Assembly (NCBI GenBank): GCA_951406725.2
Contig: OX597837.1
Coordinates: forward strand, 42,966,001-43,030,000
Origin: Octopus vulgaris
Lineage: Eukaryota
Direction: 5' to 3'
Length of the DNA stretch: 64,000 bases
The translations under genes were made by a program, and so were the position numbers. Shown here piece after piece: positions 57,346-64,000 of this stretch. The notes under the pieces were generated by a model. That model was given only the letters and a program-made list of their open reading frames with translations. It did not search any database and was not told where the DNA came from. How positions within the stretch are numbered: the stretch's first letter is position 1; each line of letters begins with the position of its first letter.

Positions 57346-58284
57346 GTGGTTGTAGAAGCAGATAGGTGAAATTTGAAATTTGATATTCACAATAAATTTG
57401 ACTGTAACGTTCGTATGGAGCCACACCATAAATGAATGCTATTTTAAGACCTCATTTGCATATACCGGATTTTTATAATAAATCGTTTCATTTATGACGA
57501 AACATATTTGCATACTTATTTTTAATACGTTTCGGCAGGCTCAGACGCAAAATATGCTGATCTCTGTTGTGTGCGTCATAAGCGAATAACTTCCGCTTAC
57601 GATATCAGTGTGTTCAACAAACTCGGATCAGTGACGCACGGCATTCTAGGACACTGCAGTTTCGACGTACTTTGTTTCGTTAGTAAGAAGTAGCCGGAAT
57701 TTACATATTAAACTTTTGTTTCACAAATAAATTCCACAAATCATATCATGTGGCCTTAATAGTTCGTAGATTTATACAAGAGTTCCACAAACAAGGAGAC
57801 CACTATATATGCAGTTTATATATTGAAGTGTAGAAGATAAAAACGTTTCTTAGTTCGGATTGACAAACAACCCCCAATGAAATCACTCAACTGCCAACTA
57901 GAACTTGCTGTGAGACATAGAGACATTCTCAACTGCTGACCAGAAGCTAAAAGACCCAAATATCCTGTTCGCATGTCCATTCACTGCTGCTGTCCATCCC
58001 CAAAAGGGAACCCCTCAAATCTCCTGCTCCATCATCTGACACTACTTTCCCCTCACTTCCGGCTCAGCACTACTTTTCTTCCAGACAAATCCTTTATTTT
58101 AAGAAAATAATTAACCCGTCTGTTTCTCAAACGTATCTTGCAAAATCAGGTCTGGATTGAGACTCATAAAGGCCCTAGTAGTTTAAAGATTTTGGTATCC
58201 CCATATATATGTAATTGAAAATATGAACAAAAGTAATATGTATAAAAGTATAAATGTATTTATATAGGTATATATATTTTTTTT

Positions 58285-58566
58285 ACGTGACCGACCAGAC
58301 CATCAGATGTTGTTACATATCGCTGGTCACAATGCGTTCGCATTGTTTTAGCCTTTGAATGACGCCACCCCGCTGGCTAAGCGAGCAGGCCAACAGAAGA
58401 AAGAGTGGGAGAAAGAGTACAGCAGGGATCACCCCCCCCCCCCTGTCGGAGCCTCGTGGAGGTTTTAGGTGTTTTCTCTCAACTCACAACGCTCGGTCTG
58501 GGAATCGAAACCGCGATCCTACGACCGCGAGTTCGCTGCCCTAACCACTGGACCATTGCGCCTCCA
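58285..58566 (-). mobile_element. tRNA-derived SINE family D (tRNA-Arg-like head)
   Basis: tggaggcgcaatggtccagtggttagggcagcgaactcgcggtc...ggtttcgattccc A/B boxes, then non-tRNA body. Confidence 0.8.
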
Positions 58567-58612
58567 GATATATATATATATATATATATATACATTTCTC
58601 TCTCACTCTCTT

Positions 58613-58729
<117 letters not shown>

Positions 58730-59354
58730 ATATCTATATTTGCCGTTCATCTTATTAATGTTTGCAAGCTTAGTGTATTAATACATTGCATTCGGTTGCA
58801 CCGTACAAGAGTCGTTTTTTGCGTGCTTTCGCTCTCTAATCGAATGTACTTAGGCGCGATTTCGGTGCGAACAATACACCACACACACACACATATATAT
58901 ATATACACATATATATATATATACACACATATATATAAATATATACATACAAATACATATACATATACACATATACGTACATATACATATAGATATATAT
59001 GCATATACATGTATATATACACGTATACACACACACACACACACGCATACACACATACACACACACACTCATTTATATGTATAAGCAGTGATGTATTGTG
59101 TTTTATTGTATTAATGATATTGTTTAGAAGAGATATGGAGTGCACTGTTAATTCTAATTTTCTGTTTTGTACCTGTATTCACTGCATCCTTTGTTTTACA
59201 CGCGTACACACAAACACGCACACACATACACACACACACAGAGACACGCACACGCACACACACACACACACACACGCACTACATACATTTGTACACACGC
59301 ACCCTGGCGCACGTGCACATACATGTCTGTTTTGCGTCGTTATTTCCTGTGAAC

Positions 59355-59504
59355 TTTCTTCTTCTTCTTCTTCTTCTTCTTCTTCTTCTTCTTCTTCTTC
59401 TACTTCTTCTTCTTCTTTTTCTTCTTCTTCTTCTTCTTCTCCTTCTCCTCCTTTTCCTTCTCGTCATCATCATCATCATAGTCGTCGTCGTCATCATCAC
59501 CATC

Positions 59505-59569
<65 letters not shown>

Positions 59570-59700
59570 TTTTGTCATCATCCTGATCGTTATCGATATT
59601 ATCATCATCATCTGTATTGTTACTACCGCTGAAGTTGTTGTTGCCGTCAGCTTTCCCCTCCTCCTCCTCCTCCTCCTCCTCCTCATTATTATTAGTATTA
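59355..59700. repeat. (CTT)n/(CAT)n/(CCT)n trinucleotide tracts
   Basis: Directly visible. Confidence 0.92.
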
Positions 59701-59904
59701 TTAACAGGATTAATATCTTCATTAACTCATTCAGTGAAAATAGTTAGAATATACATCAAGATTTTCCTACCTTGTATCAACAATTTGGTACGTTGCTCAA
59801 CGCATGCGTGAGAGTGCGAAAGGTTGACGAGGATGTCCACGGTTAACGAAACTGTTTAGCATTAACAAATGGTTAACGTTAATAAAAATATTCAAAGAGA
59901 GTAA

Positions 59905-60120
59905 GGCGGCGAGCTGGCAGAGTGGTTAGCACGCCGGGCGATATGCTCAGTGGTATTTCGTCTGCCGTTACGTTCTGAGTTCAAATTCCGCCGAGGTCGA
60001 CTTTAACTTTCAGCCTTTCGGGGTCGATAAATTAAGTACCAGTTACGTACTGGGGTCGATCCAATCGACTGGCTCCCCCCCCGCTTAAAATGTCGGGCCT
60101 TGTGCTTAGCGTAGAAAAGA
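59905..60120 (+). mobile_element. SINE family A with alternative tail and probable TSD
   Basis: Flanks aataaaaatattcaaa / aataaaattattcaaa. Confidence 0.9.
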
Positions 60121-60457
60121 ATAAAATTATTCAAACAGTAATACTTTGGGTTCGTGTCTTTTACTATAACCCTTGGTTGGCTGATGTCCTTTGTGTGGAA
60201 TTGTGTATGATCCCGTAGTATATACATGTATATGTATGCGTATATACATGCATACATATGTGTGTGTGTGTGTGTGTGTTCCACTACTTGAAAAACAGTG
60301 TTGGTTTGTTTGCGTCTCCATAAATCAGTGGTTCGTTGAAAAGAAACCGACAGATTAATTAACAGACTTGTAATAAATACTGGGTTCTAACTGTTCGACT
60401 AAACTCTCCAAAGTCTTGCCCCAGCATGGCCGCAGTGCAATGACTGAAAGAAGCGCG

Positions 60458-60770
60458 GTTCAAGATTCACAGGGGTTTAAATGCGCCTAACAATAGAAAT
60501 ATTCGGGTTTCAGAATAGAGTATAGATAGCGCTCAAGACATCTATACGGTTAAAGCGAGCTTGTGGAGCTTGGTAACATGCACCTAGTTTGATTCAAGAT
60601 TTTCAAGGGTTTAAATGTGTCTAACAATAAGAATATTCGGGTTTCAGAATAGAGTATAGATAAGCCCCTAACCCCTAGGCCATGCGTCTTCATTAGAATA
60701 AACTTGGGAACAATAGTGGCTAAGCGGTTAAAGCGAGCATGTTTATCTTGGTAATATGTACCAAACTTCG
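60458..60770. repeat. Diverged tandem duplication, ~135-bp period
   Basis: aatattcgggtttcagaatagagtatagata occurs twice; cggttaaagcgagc occurs twice. Confidence 0.75.
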
Positions 60771-61974
60771 AACTCACGACCTGATGGTCGGGAGCCTAAT
60801 ACCCTAACTACTGATCCACGTGTCTCTTCTAAGGGATGTAACACCTGTAGGGGTAGCAGGACTACACTAGGACCTCAGTTGGTACTTACTAGAGTTGATT
60901 CAACTGAAATAGCGTGAGCCCTTTCACAAATGAGTTAGAAAGCATCGAAGATGAAAGAATTGTGGAGAGTTAGGATTACACAGCAGCTCAGCTGGTACTC
61001 ATTACTGTTGAGTAAACTGGAGCAATGTGAAGTGAAGCGCATTACTCAAGGCCACAGCTACCCTCTCGGTCCAGAAACCGAACGTGCAATCTTGCAATTG
61101 TGAGAGGAACAACCTAAGCAATAAAGCCACGCGACTCCACAGTATTTATGGCAAATAGTATTTATGTCCTGGGTGTAACATCAAAACTGCACCCGGTCAT
61201 GGGGTCCTGGTTCGGAAGTCCAAGGGTTTTGAGAAGTGTGAAGCTAGATCTTAGCCACTATTGTCCCCAAGTCTATTCAAACGAAAATGCATGGCTTAGT
61301 CGTTATGGTGTTGGACACATGATCGTAAGACTGTAGTTTCTAATCCTGGAGCTAGCCAACACGTCATGTTCTTGAGCAAAGCCCTTAATTTCACGCTGAG
61401 CTAGAAGTGAGTAAACCTGTAGCGGACTGGCGTCCCGTCCGGTTGGGGAATATACAACACAGAACCCCAGAAACCGACACTATAAATTTATATGACTCGA
61501 TAAGGGATTATACTTCTATCTACGTCTATTATAACCCGGAGTAGTTGCAACATTGCGGGTCCCAGCTATGAATAGCATGTAGCCATCCGAACCCAGAGTA
61601 TGTTAAAATCATGCGGTGCAGCGTAGTGAATGTGAACTATTTCGACAAATAAACTTATTGAATCAATGGCGAATGTTATTAGCTGTTGGGCAGATGAACA
61701 CACAGCAAGCTGTCAGCGGACAGGATCAATCAGCTGAGTTAGTGAATTACTGCTGTCATCTGAAGTCGCTGCTTGCGCAGATGAGATATTTCAACTAGCA
61801 AAAAACTGAAACCCATGACACACACCTCCATGCCGCATAGCTCGATCGAGATATCTGACGTAGATTAACCATAAGCTAGCGATGGCGTGCATCGGTTTAG
61901 ATAGAAATAAAAGTAACTATGAAAGAATATCCATGCTGCAGTTGTTTAATGCTAAAGAATATGTAACAGAGGTT

Positions 61975-62486
61975 TCATATTCTGACACAAGGCCAGCAAT
62001 TTCGCAGGAGACAGATAAAAGTCGACCTCGGCGGAATTTGAACACAGAATGTAAAGACAGACGAAATACATATTTCTTTATTGCCCACAAGGGGCTAAAC
62101 ACAGAGAGGACAAACAAGGACAGACAAACGGATTAAGTCGATTATATCGACCCCAGTGCGTAACTGGTACTTAATTTATCGACCCCGAAAGGATGAAAGG
62201 CAAAGTGGACCTCGGCGGAATTTGAACACAGAACGTAACGGCAGAGGAAATACCTATTTCTTTACTACCCACAAGGGGCTAAACACAGAGGGGACAAACA
62301 AGGACAGACAAACGGATTAAGTCGATTACATTGACTCCAGTGCGTAACTGGTACCTAATTTATCGACCCCGAAAGGATGAAAGGCAAAGTCGACCTCGGC
62401 GGAATTTGAATTCAGAACGTAACGGCAGACGAAATAATGCTACGCATTTCGCCAGGAGTGCTACAGATTCTGCCAGCACGCCGTCT
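61975..62486 (-). mobile_element. SINE family A tandem trimer
   Basis: Units joined near 62070 and 62253 at the same aaagaaata|(g/t)gtatttc junction as the 10483 array. Confidence 0.9.
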
Positions 62487-62503
62487 TAAGAAAATGTGAT
62501 ACT

Positions 62504-62780
62504 GGTTTCAAATTTTACCTCAAGGCCAGCAATTTCGAGGTAGGAGATTTAGTTGACTACATCGACCCGGTTTCAAATTTTACCACAGGGCCAGCAATTT
62601 CGAGGTAGGAGATTTAGTTGACTACATCGACCACAGCGTGCAACTGGTGCTCATTTTTTTGACCTTGAAAGGGCTGAAAGGCGAAGTCAGCCTCAGCGGA
62701 ATTTGAACTCAAAAAAGACGAACGAAATGCTGCTAAGCATTTCGTCCGGCGTGCTAATGATTCTGCCATCTCGCCGCATT
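62504..62780 (-). mobile_element. Diverged SINE family A with ~65-bp tandem duplication of its tail
   Basis: ggtttcaaattttacc...gactacatcgacc repeated twice. Confidence 0.8.
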
Positions 62781-63312
62781 AAGACTATGTAATATCGAAA
62801 TGAAGAAAAAATTCCAATGGGGTTTAAAATATAGGGACAAATCTTAGAAGGAATTTTATGCCCTAGAATTAATAGCGAAGTTATTTTGTTTAGATAACGC
62901 AGGAGAGTAGGAAAGTAACTAGCCAGGGGCAGTGATTTTTTTGAGCTATAAAATGAGAATAGCTACACACCCACACGTTTGTGAGTGAGTGTGTGTGTGT
63001 GTGTGTGTGTATGTGTGTCTGTGTTAGTGCGTATTTTCACATATAAATAGAGATCGCTTCACTGGGAAAAAAATCGGAAGGAAATTAACTATATGTAAAG
63101 AATCTAGACTCCAAGAAGAAGATGAAAGAATGATATAAATATAATAATAATAATGATAATAATAATAATAATAATAACATTAATAAAAATGACAACAAAA
63201 ACAACAACAATAACGGTAATAATATACATACACATATGTATATGTGTATGTGTGTATAAATGTAGATATATGTATGCATATACATATATGTATACATACA
63301 TATGTATATCTA

Positions 63313-63351
<39 letters not shown>

Positions 63352-63367
63352 ATATATATATATCTAA

Positions 63368-63441
<74 letters not shown>

Positions 63442-64000
63442 ATATATATATATATATATATACGTATATAGATGCAAATGCTCATATGCATAGTTGCATG
63501 CATTCTGTGCGTTTGAATGTGTAGGAGAGAAATAGGGAGAGAGAGAGAAAGATATGGTGAGAGAATGATGGAAAGAGAGAGAAGAAGAGAGAGTGTGTGT
63601 GTGAGAGAGAGAGAGAGAGTAAGAGAGAAAACGCTAGCGCCATGCGGAAGTAATAAAGAAGCATTAAAAAAAAGGCCTCTAGGTTTTTAGGGGACACGTT
63701 CGTCAATAAATAGCAGTAAAACCACTTACGATCCTCCAGAAAGGTAGATCAAGTCAATAATACAGATAAAAACATGGAATGAAGCTAAAACTAAAGGCAA
63801 AGAATATGAGATATAAAATATATTCTGAAGAACATAAAATGAAATATAAAGGTTGGCTAAGGAGAAGGAATTCTTAGAGTCTAATAGCAGGAACGTATGG
63901 AGCCTCGCAGTAAACGAGAAGGCAAAACTAAGATGGCGATTAATTGGGTTTTAAGGCTTACGGATGTATTGAATAAATTGAAGTATGAGTGATAGGTAAA

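Overview
AT-rich, microsatellite-saturated eukaryotic non-coding DNA. The SINE families resemble those known from Octopus, so a coleoid cephalopod intron or intergenic region is the likely source (inference). No intact protein-coding gene, RNA gene or CRISPR array is supportable; nearly all listed ORFs are translations of simple repeats or SINEs. The window holds many copies of at least four tRNA-derived SINE families; decayed non-LTR retrotransposons (RTE, BovB-like RTE, CR1/L2/Jockey-like, R4/Dong-like at (TAA)n, a Tx1-like tail); DNA-transposon relics (mariner, maT/DD37D-like, Chapaev3-like, hAT, Helitron); and MITEs. The most notable signal is a set of small Penelope-like (PLE) elements inserted in (TA)n tracts. 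Two carry minimal type I hammerhead ribozymes with intact cores (48338-48385 +, 41996-42099 -) and several carry variant cores. Six form asymmetric fold-back palindromes, and in four of these the fold sits at hammerhead stem II. All coordinates and identities were read by eye; family names are recalled, not database hits.
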